This document shows, piece after piece, positions 52,850-64,000 of a stretch of 64,000 nt of DNA. The DNA comes from Octopus sinensis (Eukaryota). Both the position numbers and the translations under genes were made by a program. How positions within the stretch are numbered: the first letter of the stretch is position 1; each line of letters opens with the position of its first letter. The notes under the pieces were generated by a model that saw nothing but the letters and a program-made list of their open reading frames with translations, was not told the DNA's origin and made no database searches. The stretch spans positions 26,040,001-26,104,000 of the forward strand of contig NC_043016.1 in assembly GCF_006345805.1 (NCBI RefSeq). The letters are read 5' to 3'.

Positions 52850-53815
52850 TTTCAAAGCTATAATGGAAGTGACAAAGGAACAAATTCGACATATTTTGCT
52901 TTATAAGTTCAATAAAGGCAATGACGCAACAGAAAGTGCAAGGAATTAAGGCAGAAAGCTGGCAGAAATGTTAGAACACCAGGCAAACTGCTTAGCGGTA
53001 TTTCATCTGCCGTTACGTTCTGAGTTCAAATTCCACTGAAGTCAACTTTGCCTTTCATCCTTTTGGGGTTGATTAAATAAGTACCAATTACGCACTGGGG
53101 TCAATGTAATCGACTTAATCCCTTCGTCTTTTCTTATTTGTCCCCTCTATGTTTAGTCCCTTGTGAGCAATAAAGAAATAAGAAAGTACAAAGAATGCAG
53201 TATATGGGGATTAGACAATAAATGTAAACTGGTGTCAACAGGAGTTCCAAAAATTCTGAGCTGGAAAATACAACCTAGAAGATACAACCAAGAAGAGCTG
53301 ATGCAGTAAGTGCGTGTCTTAAGTCATCCACATTGTGGCCACTGGTGAAGACTCAAACTTCACACCAATATGCGTGCTCATATGCGACGTGATATCACAG
53401 CAGCACTTTCTCATACCCTCCTTGCACTTGGCGAAGGCAAAATACCAGGGGATGAAAATGGTAATATTGCCATCGAATAGCTGTAGAGCTCAACGAAGAT
53501 GTCCTGTAAACCCTGATGGAACAAAATCCCATTGTAACTGTTGAGGAACTAGCAGAGAAGCTTGGATTTGGTCATTTAACCATTCATCAACACCTGTGCT
53601 AGAAGAAAAATGACCATCTTTAGTTTCAAGACAAATTGTGTTCTATCAGGATAATTCTTGGCTGCGTACAGCGAGGATGACATTCCAAAGGCTAGAGTAG
53701 TTTGAATGGGAAACGATACCCCACCCATTACATTTGCCAGCCATTGCCCCATCTGATTATCATTTATTCTACAGTCTTCAAAATCAATTGGATGGAAAAA
53801 ATGAGTTCTGTAAAG
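52850..53815 (+). mobile_element. Decayed mariner (Hsmar-like) with two insertions
   Basis: MEVTKEQIRHILLYKFNKG.., EELAEKLG..TIHQHL, PAIAPSDYHLFYSLQNQLDGK. Confidence 0.82.
52947..53180 (+). mobile_element. SINE family B copy with ~16 bp TSD-like flanks
   Basis: AGAAAGTGCAAGGAAT (52931-52946) and AGAAAGTACAAAGAAT (53181-53196) flank it. Confidence 0.8.
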
Positions 53816-54671
53816 AAGGTATAGCATATTTGTTTATTTCTTGTTTGTTTGTTCTCTTTCTGTTATGTTTGGTCCCTTGTTCGTTGGCTTGTCGCTTACT
53901 TGTGACTCTTGCTGCTGGTACCACCAGAGGGGACCTATATTATCATTCAAGGTGCGAAATTGTGTTTGGCCCTCTGGCTGATAACTGATGAGAATTTGGT
54001 GTCCTTCTGTGTCTGTTTTCCATTTGTTTGTGCATTTATAATATGTATTTTAACTTTTCATTTAATGGAACACCATGTACTCTTATTTTGTTTACAGCAA
54101 GTAAACACATACATACATGAGGATTCTTTCAGTTTCTGTTTATTAAATCTACTCATAAGGCTTTATTTGAACTCAGGCTATAGTAGAGGACACTTGGTCC
54201 AAGGTGTTGTGCAGTGCGACTGAACCAGATCACATGATTGTGAAGAAAGCAGATGCTCCTATCTGGTGATAAATATAAACAAGACCCTCAGGTTCTGGGT
54301 TGGAAGCTCAATCCTTTGCACATTAAAGTGATGGTACATGGTGTAGTGGTCAGGGTATTCAGCTCATGATCATAAGGTCACAACTTCAATCCCCAGTGGT
54401 GTGTTGCATCCTTGAGCAAGACTCATTATTTCACACTCCAGTCCACTTATCTGGCAAAAATGAGTTGTAGCTGTGATTCAAAGGGCTAGCCTTGTTGCAC
54501 TCTATGTCATGTTGAATCTCTCTGAGAACTATGTTTACGGTATGTGTGTCTGTGGAGTGCTCAGCCACTTGCACATTAATTGCATGTGAAGGCTGTTACA
54601 TTATCGGATCAGCTAGAACACTCGTCATCATAAATGCCTGAACATAAAACAAAGTGCTAAGCAGTATTTCT

Positions 54672-55070
54672 TATTTCTTTATTGCCCACATGGGGCTAAA
54701 CACAGAGGGGAAAGCAAGGACAGACAAAGGGATTAAGTCGATTACATCGACCCCAGTGCGTAGCTGGTACTTATTTAATTGACCCCGAAAGGATGAATGG
54801 CTAAGTCAACCTCGGTGGAATTTGAACTCAGAACGTAGCGGCAGACGAAATACCTATTTCTTTACTACCCACAAGGGGCTAAACACAGAGGGGACAAACA
54901 AGGACAAAGGGATTAAGTCGATTACATCGACCCCAGTGCGTAACTGGTACTTAATTTATTGACCCTGAAAGGATGAAAGGCAAAGTCGACCTCAGCAGAA
55001 TTTGAACTCAGAACAAAATACGGCTACGCATTTCGCCTGGCATACTAACATTTTTGCCAGCTCACCACCT
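54672..55070 (-). mobile_element. Head-to-tail dimer of SINE family B
   Basis: Two consecutive ~185 bp copies joined at GAAATAC/CTATTTC. Confidence 0.85.
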
Positions 55071-55636
55071 TTTAACCTAAGCAATATTTCTTACAGCTCA
55101 TTACACTGAGTTGAAATCCTGCTAAGGTTTACTTTATCTTTCATCCTTTGCAAGTCTATAGAATAAAGTAACAGTCAAAGACTAGAGTCTATGTAATAGA
55201 CTTAAGTCCTCTCAATCAAAATTGTTTACCTTGTGCCAAAATTTGAAATCATTGTTATTATTTATATATAGAAGTAAAAAATGAAAGTAAAGGGAAATAA
55301 AGAAAGCTTCTGACAATGCAGAAAGTTTTACAAAGAAACCTTTATATTTTGGGCACAAAGGCTTATCTTCAGGAGGAAGCAGTCCAAGAAATGTGTATTT
55401 ACATAGATTTTGTTATTTTTGACTGCTCAGTGTTTGGGTTAGCAGCAGCAGCAACTCTCCAGCTATGCCTGAAATATAAAGGGTTTTTGTAAAACTTACT
55501 GCATTGTTAAAAGCTTTATTTCTCTTTTTTTTTCTACTACAATGCTTCAAGCAAACTACAATGCTCTTTGAAATCTAATGTTGGCTCCATACTGATTAGA
55601 TAATACAGTTCTATATTTGAGAGGTGAGGAGTTATG

Positions 55637-56075
55637 TACATTTGACAGTTATTTGTCCTCATCTTGTTTGTTAACACAATGTTTTGGCTGATATACTCTC
55701 CAGCCTTCTTCAGGTGTCTTGGGGAAATTTTGAACCTGGGTTCTTATTCTTAAGGTATTTTTCAATGTTATTATTATCATTATTCAGGTCACTGCCTGGA
55801 ATTGAACTTGGAATCTTGGGGCTAATAAACTGCGCTCTTAACCCCTACGCCATATGCCCATATGGTGTGGTGATTAAAAGCGTAGGCAACTAACCCCAAG
55901 ATTCTGAGTTTGATTCCAGGCAGTGACCTGAATAACAACAACAACATTGAAAAATACCTTGGGAATGAGAACCCAAGTTCGAAATTTCCCCAAGACACCT
56001 GAAGAAGGCTGGAGAGTATATCAGCCGAAACATTGTGTTAACAAACAAGATGAGGACAAATATCCGTTGAATGTA
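55637..56075. mobile_element. Palindromic element: two back-to-back tRNA-like heads, each with a Penelope-type tail bearing a hammerhead-like motif
   Basis: ~220 bp arms centred at 55857-55858; A/B-box-like TGGCGTAG and GTTCAATTCC; CTGAAGA-stem-GAAAC. Confidence 0.75.
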
Positions 56076-58554
56076 AATAATGTACAACGCTCTTGTTATT
56101 TATACAGTTTGTATTATTGTACCTGAAAATGCTGACTTGAACACCACTTTGATAGTCGAGTCAGTAAAACAATGAGTGAAAACAAAAGATAAATTAAGCA
56201 ACGTTAAATTTGTAGGAAAAACAGTAACATTTTAATGAAAAAATACAGAAAAACAATGACTTGTTAACAATTTTATTTGTATTAAAAAGATTAGTAAACT
56301 GTCTTTATTTAAATTAATTTTGAACATAATGAGGAATTTAATTAAATAATTTTGTTATTATTAAAATGGTGTTTGGGACACAAATTACCTTGAAATTTTG
56401 GTGGAAGGGGTATAATTTAAGTCACTATAAAATAGAAATTTGTATTATAGAACCAAGGATGGTTATGAAACTTGTCGTAAACAAACTTTGAAATGTAAAT
56501 GGTATCAAAATATATGTAAGCTTGCCAGACATAAACATTAAAAAAAACCACATTTCTAACTGTTTGTTATTAAGGCATTTTGAAAAATATATTCTGTTGT
56601 TCGGTTTTGCTACATATTTACACTCATTGGTGGATACAAAATTCAAGACTCTTTGTTATGAACTACAGTATAAAAAATATTCATCACAGGCCCTCTAGTT
56701 CCTGTAATAATGATCTGAGAAGCAATACTTATAATACATACATGTAACTGAAAACCTCCAGTTAATATCTTTTGATGATTATTTCATAATTTAAAATGAC
56801 AGTGAAATAGCAAACAGAAGAAGCCAGGTTTTTGTATGTTACAGTTTACCTGTTTGATAAAAACAACATGTACTCTCATTTCAGTTTGGCAGTTGAGAAG
56901 TCTCAACAAAAAAAAGACAGCGGATTTAATTTACAAACTTCATACAAATATGGTTGTGTTTCAAATATGTTATTATATAATAGTCCGTGAGATCCGATGA
57001 GTAAGTTTCACTTTATACATATTGATATAAAAATGTACGGACAAAATTTTGAGTGTGTAACATAATTATTATACTATATAAAAAAGTTTACGAAACAGCT
57101 GTAATTATATAGTGATGATAATTCAATGCTTGTATATATATATATATATATTATATATATATATATATTTGATGTCATAAGAATTTGTACATGAAATAAC
57201 ACTTTTTTGGAATATCTCAAAACACACACATAAGTCTATAAATAATAGCATCTAAATATTGGGGTTCAGAAAGTCCTTTTTAGATAGAAAAAAGGGTATG
57301 TGTATGTGTGCTTATATAAATATATAATATATATATATATATACAAAAGGAATGTTATGACATTGATTAGGAATATCTTCAAAATGGTTAAGGCAAATAT
57401 CTCAATGGAAGGTTCTGCTTGCTAAAATCAAACTTTCCAGTTGGTAGCCATGATCAAAGCATTTTATGAAATCTACTCAGACTGCAACCACAAGATGGAT
57501 GAAATGTCAACCTCAGTACAAAAACAAAAATTCAAGTCTTTTAGACAAATTTTTATCCATACTAGATGAGGTGGTCGGTGGGTTGTTTATTTGCTGAAGC
57601 AATTATTTTTTAACAACTGGATGTGTGTTTCATCATCTAACCCTTTAGCATTTAAACTGACCATATCTGGCCCAAATATTCTACTTTATGCTCAAACCAG
57701 CCATATCCAGCATCTCACACTTACCTAACAATGTTATTCTACAAATAAACAATTACATCATTGAAATCTCAAAACTGAGATAATGCATGATTAATTATTC
57801 AAAACAATGTGAATTAATTAATAAGCAATGCATTTGACAGAATATGAATGCTAAAAAGTTAATACTTGATTGTGAAAAAGATTGAAACAAACCATGGATT
57901 GTTGTGTGTGTGTGTGTGAGAGATAGAGAGAGAGAGGTGGGCAGAGAGTCAAGAAACGAAGAGTTGTCTCATGTATTTAGTAGTATAATTAAAAACAATA
58001 AAGAAATTTTTAGATCAGGTCAAAAATCTGGCCTGTTAAAAAGCCATTTTCACTGCTGTTTGCCTTGGAGAAAAATTTTGACTTTAAGCAAAAGGTGTAA
58101 AACACCAACAGTCATTTCAGAGTGCCCCCTTTGGATTAATATATGTATTTCAAACTGATTATGCTATCATCAGAATTAGGTATCAAATAACAATCTCGCT
58201 GGCTAACTGTGACATCAGCATCTGTTCTGATACTTTATTCTATAAATCACTGATGGAGAGATGAGCCACAGCTATTTCTAGTTGTCAAACATCATTGATA
58301 AGACCAAGAAAATCATATGAACTGGTGGTCTCAGCACTGGAGTTGTGGGGATTTATTTTCCCACTAGCAATATAAACGAGAGTGCATTTTGTACCGAAAG
58401 CAGATATGAAAGTTTAACATATGAAAGTATAATTTGTTCTGATAGAACATCCATATTTCAGTAGGGATAAACTTAAGCTATGTACCATATCCAAGATCAA
58501 CTAAACACCTTGGATCATATCTGCTTCAACTACAGCAACAGAAAATTCAAACAC

Positions 58555-58790
58555 TTATTTCTTTATTGCCCAGAAGGGGCTAAACTTAGGGGGTACTAAC
58601 AAGGATAGGCAAAGGGATTAAGTCGATTACATCGACCCCAGTGTGTAACTGGTACTTAATTTATTGACCCCGAAAGGACGAAAGGCAAAGTCGACCTCAG
58701 CGGAATTTCAACTCAGAATGTAGTGGCAGACGAAATACCACTAAGCATTTCGCCTGGTGTGCTAACGTTTCTGCCAGCTCGCTGCCTTAA
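58555..58790 (-). mobile_element. SINE family B copy
   Basis: Full-length, CpG-retaining reverse-complement copy. Confidence 0.85.
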
Positions 58791-58929
58791 ACTTCAAACA
58801 CTTTTCTCCGATGAGGGTCATGCCACTTTTGTCTCTTTTAATAATGAAAAGACACAAAGAGTATGTTTATCAAGAAATCTTTTAACACACCAATTCTATT
58901 GCCAGGACATGAACATCACATGCCACTAG

Positions 58930-59460
58930 AGCCCTCACAATCTCTTCAAATGCTAGGTCTCACCATCTCTGTGGATCTCCCTCAACAAACACTCTTATAC
59001 AACATTGCAAATATAGCATCTTAAAGAGTGGTCTTCTTCCTCAGAGCCAGAAAAAAAAAACAAAACACCTCAGCCCCGCCCAAAACTACTAAATCTGTAC
59101 CCACAATCGAATACTGCTCCAACATCCGGGACAGTAGATACTGAAAACTGCATCTGAAAAATAGGTAATTTGACTTCAGTCACTCCCTGACACACACTCT
59201 ATCTCCCCCTGCCTCAACACACACTCTATCCTTTGGCCCATGGATATGCTATGTCCTCTCTTTACCTTTTCTAACACTACTACAATGGCCTCTGCTCTTA
59301 AGGCACTATCTAGTCTCACCTCTCACACACACTGAATCACCTTTCTTTCCAGGCCCGATCCAATCCTTCCTCCCCTGCCCCATAATGTTCATCTCTTTGG
59401 AATATATATTCTTTGCACATATTATTTACCTGCAGCTGTGGACTTCAAAAACTGTCCAAG
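58930..59460 (+). mobile_element. Decayed LINE 3' fragment (CR1/L2/Jockey-like)
   Basis: LQMLGLTISVDL.. and PTIEYCSNI resemble the post-RT LGxxxxxDLSW and PxMEYCSxIW motifs. Confidence 0.55.
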
Positions 59461-59657
59461 AAGAATGTTAAAGAAGCATCAGTTTTACCAACCTGAAAGA
59501 ACAGTGGAAGCCACAATCACAGATTCTTTGCCCAGACCAAACAAATAATACAAAGATAAGCAATACAATGATAGTAGCAAGGTTGTCCAGTACCTTAAAC
59601 TCACAGCCACTTGCAATGATGTATAAAATAATTTCGTTTTAAAATACATGGTTGATT

Positions 59658-59663
59658 TTTATT
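59658..59663 (-). terminator. Candidate ENDOV polyadenylation signal AATAAA
   Basis: AATAAA on the - strand ~720 nt past the ENDOV stop, in AT-rich context; more distal signals near 56270-56310 are also possible. Confidence 0.3.
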
Positions 59664-60376
59664 AAAAAAATCTTTTAAAATCATATTAAGAAAAATATTT
59701 GTTCATTTTTGTTTTTGTGTTTTTATAAGCTTATAAAAAAATAACGAAATTTTGGAATTGGATTTGATTGACAAATAAGATGATCAGTGACCAATTTTTT
59801 AAACAGAAGCAATTACGAAATTATGGAAGGGTTATTTTAGCCATTTAAGACCAATTAATCGATGTTATATTCTCTTTCCATATGTATTTCTTAATAGTAC
59901 TGTCTATTATAAATTGCAAAATAAACTTGCATCTCATTCTGTGGAATTATACCAGTGACCAGCCCAAAGAAATACAATGGAATTTTGACACTGTACAAAA
60001 GACAGTATCACCATCATCATTTAAGATCCATATTCCATGCTGACGTGAATTAGAAGGTTTAACAATTCAATGAGCCAGAGGACTGTGCCAAGCTCCAGTG
60101 TCAGCTTGACATGGTTTCAATGGCTGGATGTCCTTCCTAATGCCAACCACTTTACAGAAGGTACTGGGTGGGATTTTTTTGTGGCAGCAGCATTAATGAG
60201 GTTGCTAAGTAACTTGCAAGACTAGCAAAGTAAAAGCAACAAAAACCCTCTCAAAAGTACCTTTTATGAAATAAACATGGAATAAAATATGTCAGTTTTT
60301 TTTTTCCCAGAAAAATGTTTTTTGTTTTAAAAATATTATTGTAGCAAACATTGATATTTCAGAACATTTCAGTTCA

Positions 60377-60424
60377 TTATGAAGTCTGTGATTCTCTGAT
60401 AATTTTCCTGGAATACTGGTCAGC
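60377..60424 (-). CDS. ENDOV: Endonuclease V last coding exon ADQYSRKIIRESQTS*
   Basis: Strong acceptor tcgttttgttcttttcccttttatag; matches ENDOV ADICSREHIR, including the C-terminal catalytic Asp. Confidence 0.88.
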   Translation of the reverse strand, partial: ADQYSRKIIRESQTS

Positions 60425-60789
60425 CTATAAAAGGGAAAAGAACAAAACGATTGAAATATTGCTTTTAAAACCTCCTCTTCTTTTTCCTCCACTATTGCCA
60501 CTATCACCACTATTAATTAAATAATATTAATTGCTTTTTTTCTCTGAGATAATACTTGGTAAATATGAGTTAAGAGCATTGCCAAAGGATACAGTGACAT
60601 GTCTGATATTACTAGAGATATAAGCATGTTAATATCTCTGAAAAAGTGAAAAGTTAATATGTGTCTAAGTCTAGTTTCATGGTGTTAAGCAAATGTGAGA
60701 TAGGCGGCCATTCAACCAAAAGCAGCATTTCTGTAGATGATCTGGTACGTTTTCCTAACAACTAAGTCAAAGGAAACAACGACGCAACT

Positions 60790-60857
60790 GCCGCCGCCGC
60801 CACCGCCGCCGCCGCCACCGCCACCACCGCCGCCGCCGCTGCCGCCGCCACCACCAC
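60790..60857. repeat. (CCG/CCA)n trinucleotide tract
   Basis: Direct reading; explains the poly-Pro/Ala/Arg ORFs. Confidence 0.9.
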
Positions 60858-61600
60858 ATCCACTTTCCCCTCTTTACATGGATCAGATGGTATTTGTTGA
60901 GGCAAATTTTTCTGTTGCCAGGTGTTCTTCCTGTTACCCAACTGTTTATTTCCAAGCTTCTTCATAACCAGAGACATTTTTCACAGAAGACCGGAAACAA
61001 GCAACATCACTTGTGTGATAATGAAACTAGTTTGTAACCATCACATGATATCAAGACAAAAGTACACACAAATACACTCACACACAGAAACACACAAAAA
61101 AACAAACACATTCTTAATTCTTTTATTCTTTCACATGTTTCAGTCATTTGATTGCAGCCATGCTGGAGCACTGCCTTAATTGATTTTAGTCAAACAAATC
61201 GACCCCAGGACTTATTCTTTGTAAGCCTGCTATTTATTTTATTGGTCTTTTTTGCTGAACTGCTAAGTTACAGAGACATAAACAGAAACAAAGACACACA
61301 TACATAAATACATATATATTACAGGCTTCTTTCAGTTTCCATCTACCAAGCTTGCTCACAAGGCTATAACATTGTCATTATTAAGCTGATGTTTAGAACA
61401 TAAACTAACATGACCAACCTTGTCATTCTAGAGTTTTGCAGAACTTCATATTTTAATATATCTTTCCTGTATCAAAGAATGTTGGGTGCTATTTGAAGGA
61501 GATTTAATTGCAATTTCTAACAGCTCATTATTTCATTATTTAATTTTTAGTTTTAACATTAAGTTACACTCTGGATTAAAAGTTCTGCTTCATCACTTAC

Positions 61601-61729
61601 CATACGAACTGGTTCAGGTATCCTGTACTTACAACATTGCTTCACGAGCCATACTGCAGTTGATAGAGATACCTTATAACCTTGGGATATATAAATGGGT
61701 TTCTTGGAATCTTTCGTACTTTTGAGAGC
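61601..61729 (-). CDS. ENDOV: Endonuclease V exon ALKSTKDSKKPIYISQGYKVSLSTAVWLVKQCCKYRIPEPVRM
   Basis: ctttaatttag / gtaagt, 129 nt, phase 0/0; matches ALRS..TRPLYISVGH.MSL..AV.L...CC.FRIPEPVRQ. Confidence 0.93.
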
Positions 61730-61914
61730 CTAAATTAAAGCAATACAAAATCAATATTACAATGCAAAGTATTATATTTTCAAGTGGATTTAAAATTCAC
61801 ATATAAAATTACTAATAAGTGTTTTCAGCAGCATTTATATATATATATATACATACATGCATGCACACGCACACACACACACACACACACACACGTATAT
61901 ATACACAGAGAAAA

Positions 61915-63180
61915 ACCACTACTCGCAGGATGGAGGAGGCAGTAAAAAAGAGCTTCTTCTTGGTTATAGAGCAAGAGAGAGAGAAGTTGTCCCATCCCAG
62001 CCTCACTGCATCCTCCAAGATTACATAAAGCCTCTGGTGATCTTTCTTAATCACATCCAGTCATCTATTTAGTACAAGGCCTGCCACAAGGCCTCTTCCA
62101 GATGGCAGTTGCTGTGTCGAACAAGAGTAAGAGGCTCTGGTAGGATGATCTGGTAGGAAGTAGAGAACATGTCTGTACCAATGCTTGTGGTGGATAGCTA
62201 TGAGGTGGGAAGCTGTGGGGTGATGTGAGTGCACATAGTTCTTCATTGGAAACATGAAGGGACCATCTGATGATCTCAATGGTTCTCAGGGATTTGCTAT
62301 CGAAGTTGTTGATCCTCTTTACCAGGGTCTTTTTGCGGGGCCATGTTTCTGCTCCATAGAGGAGAACTGACATGTTGTAGATGCAGAGTTTTGACTTCCG
62401 AGAGATAGAGCAGTGGCACCAACGGGGCTTCCATTGGGAGTACATGACCCTGGCGGCCAGACCACATCTGTGATTGATTTCCAGGGTCAGTTCACCATTG
62501 CTGGTAACTGCAGAGCCCAGGTAAATGTAGGAGCTAACAAACTCCATAATGTCAGGGCCAATATGGAGAGGAGGAGGGTCTGGACTATCGTCGACATGCA
62601 TCAGCTTGGTCTTCACCCAATTCACCTGAAGGCCAAACTTTGCTGATTCTTCTCTGTAAATGATCAGTGCATCTCTGAGCTAGTTGATCAAGTCACTAAA
62701 TAGGATGGTATCCTCTGCATACTCCAGGTCTGTAAGGTGGTAGTTCCCAAATGTAATATCAGACACTCACTCACTGACTTTGGTCATCAGATGACTGATG
62801 ACACAGCTGAAGAGGTCAGGGGCAGCTATGCAGCTCTGTCTGATTCCACTGTTGATGGAAAACCAGCCAGAGTTCTTCCCATTCACCCACACATAACTCT
62901 TGGCACTGCTATAGAGCTGCTGGGACAAGGTGGTGATCTTGAAAGGCATGCTGACAAGCTTGAGAATTTTCCAGAGGGATTTATGGTTAACCATGTCAAA
63001 TGCTGCCTTGAGGTCAACGAAGATAATGTAGAGGTAGTGATATTTGAGGAACTCCCAAGATCTTTCAATAATAAGACAAAGGGCAAAAATATGGTTGGCA
63101 ATAGATTGATTTAACATGAATGCAGCTTGTTGTAGGTGGCATCTGCTTCTAAGGGCAGGAAGAGCATGGCTAAGGATGAA
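61915..63180 (-). mobile_element. 5'-truncated RTE-clade LINE, degenerate RT, in an ENDOV intron
   Basis: FVDLKAAFDMVNH..LWKIL, SGIRQSCIAAPDLF, EYAED (YADD-like), KFGLQVNWVKTK, GRPCTK. Confidence 0.9.
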
Positions 63181-63274
63181 AATAAAATGACAGATATGTT
63201 CAGTGTTCTAAATATGAGGATGAAGAATGGCAGGAAAACTGAAAAAAAAATAACAAAGTAAATTAAAGACTTAC

Positions 63275-63346
63275 ATAAGCAATAGTTTTGTTGTCAAGTT
63301 CTCGAACTAAAGGAAAACTATCTCCACCATCTTTCATATTCTGTAC
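63275..63346 (-). CDS. ENDOV: Endonuclease V exon VQNMKDGGDSFPLVRELDNKTIAY
   Basis: cctatgttcttcag / gtaagt, 72 nt, phase 0/0; GDSFPL motif as in vertebrate ENDOV; upstream exons lie outside the window. Confidence 0.88.
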
Positions 63347-64000
63347 CTGAAGAACATAGGAAATGAGTTGATAGCTATACTGTAATGTTGTGAATTGTAT
63401 GTGTGAGAGCAAGTATATGTATATATACATACATATATCATCATCATCATCATCGTTTAAACGTCCGTTTTCCGTGCTAGCACAGTTTGGACGGTTTGAC
63501 CGGGGTCTGGGAAGCCAGGGGCTGCACCAGGCTCCAGTCTGATCTGGCAGAGTTTCTACAACTGGATGCCCTCCCTAACGCCAACCACTCCGCGAGTGTA
63601 GTGGGTGCTTTTTACGTGCCACCTGCACAGGTGCCAGGGGAATCCGGCATCGTCCACAATCGGTTGGTTCTTTTAACGTGCCACCGGCACGGAAGCCATC
63701 CAAAACGGTGGCGCTGGCATCGGCCACATTCGGATGGTACTTTTCATGTACCACCGGCACTATATATATATATATATACATATATATATCTACATACAAA
63801 TATACATGCCCACAGTCAAATGACTGAAACAAGTAAAAGAGTAAAAGAGTAACAAATGTTCTTTTAATGAAGTCCTCTGTAATATTTGTCATGCACTAAG
63901 TTACAAACACTCCCTTGTCACACTTACCATCAGAAATTCAATATATCTAAAGCTGGGTTTCCCAACCAGGGGTGTTTCACACCTCTTGGGGGCACAAGCA

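Noticed and set aside
60292-60510. 72 aa - strand ORF (MVIVAIVEEK..)
   Set aside because: Overlaps the ENDOV last exon in the wrong frame; the upstream exon phase dictates the ADQYSRK frame.
496-63892. Most ORF-track entries (MYVCVY.., IYIYIY.., SLSLSL.., HTHT.., poly-N/L/P)
   Set aside because: They are translations of microsatellites or SINE bodies, with no splice or homology support.

Overview
AT-rich, microsatellite-dense eukaryotic genomic DNA. The repeat landscape looks like an octopod cephalopod (Octopus-like; inference, not a database result). I found two convergent spliced genes by reading the sequence; the ORF track shows them only in fragments. (1) Integrin-linked kinase (ILK), + strand: 10 coding exons from 3231 to the stop at 39912 (365 aa in window; the 5' ankyrin exons lie upstream of the window), all GT-AG with consistent phases, followed by a probable ~3 kb 3' UTR. 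(2) Endonuclease V (ENDOV, inosine-specific nuclease family), - strand: last three coding exons at 63346-63275, 61729-61601 and 60424-60377. The best find is a diverged duplicate of the ILK 'IDED..D(FG-like)' kinase exon at 19458-19529, inside an outsized 19.8 kb intron. It is conserved at amino-acid level with synonymous divergence, suggesting an unannotated ILK isoform. Also notable: minimal hammerhead-ribozyme-like motifs with covarying stems in Penelope-type tails, including a 440 bp palindrome built from two back-to-back tRNA-like heads; several long near-perfect hairpins in the ILK pre-mRNA (candidate ADAR substrates); a three-level mariner>Helitron>MITE nest; a Helitron helicase remnant; and a 183 bp helicase fragment pasted into a mariner remnant.
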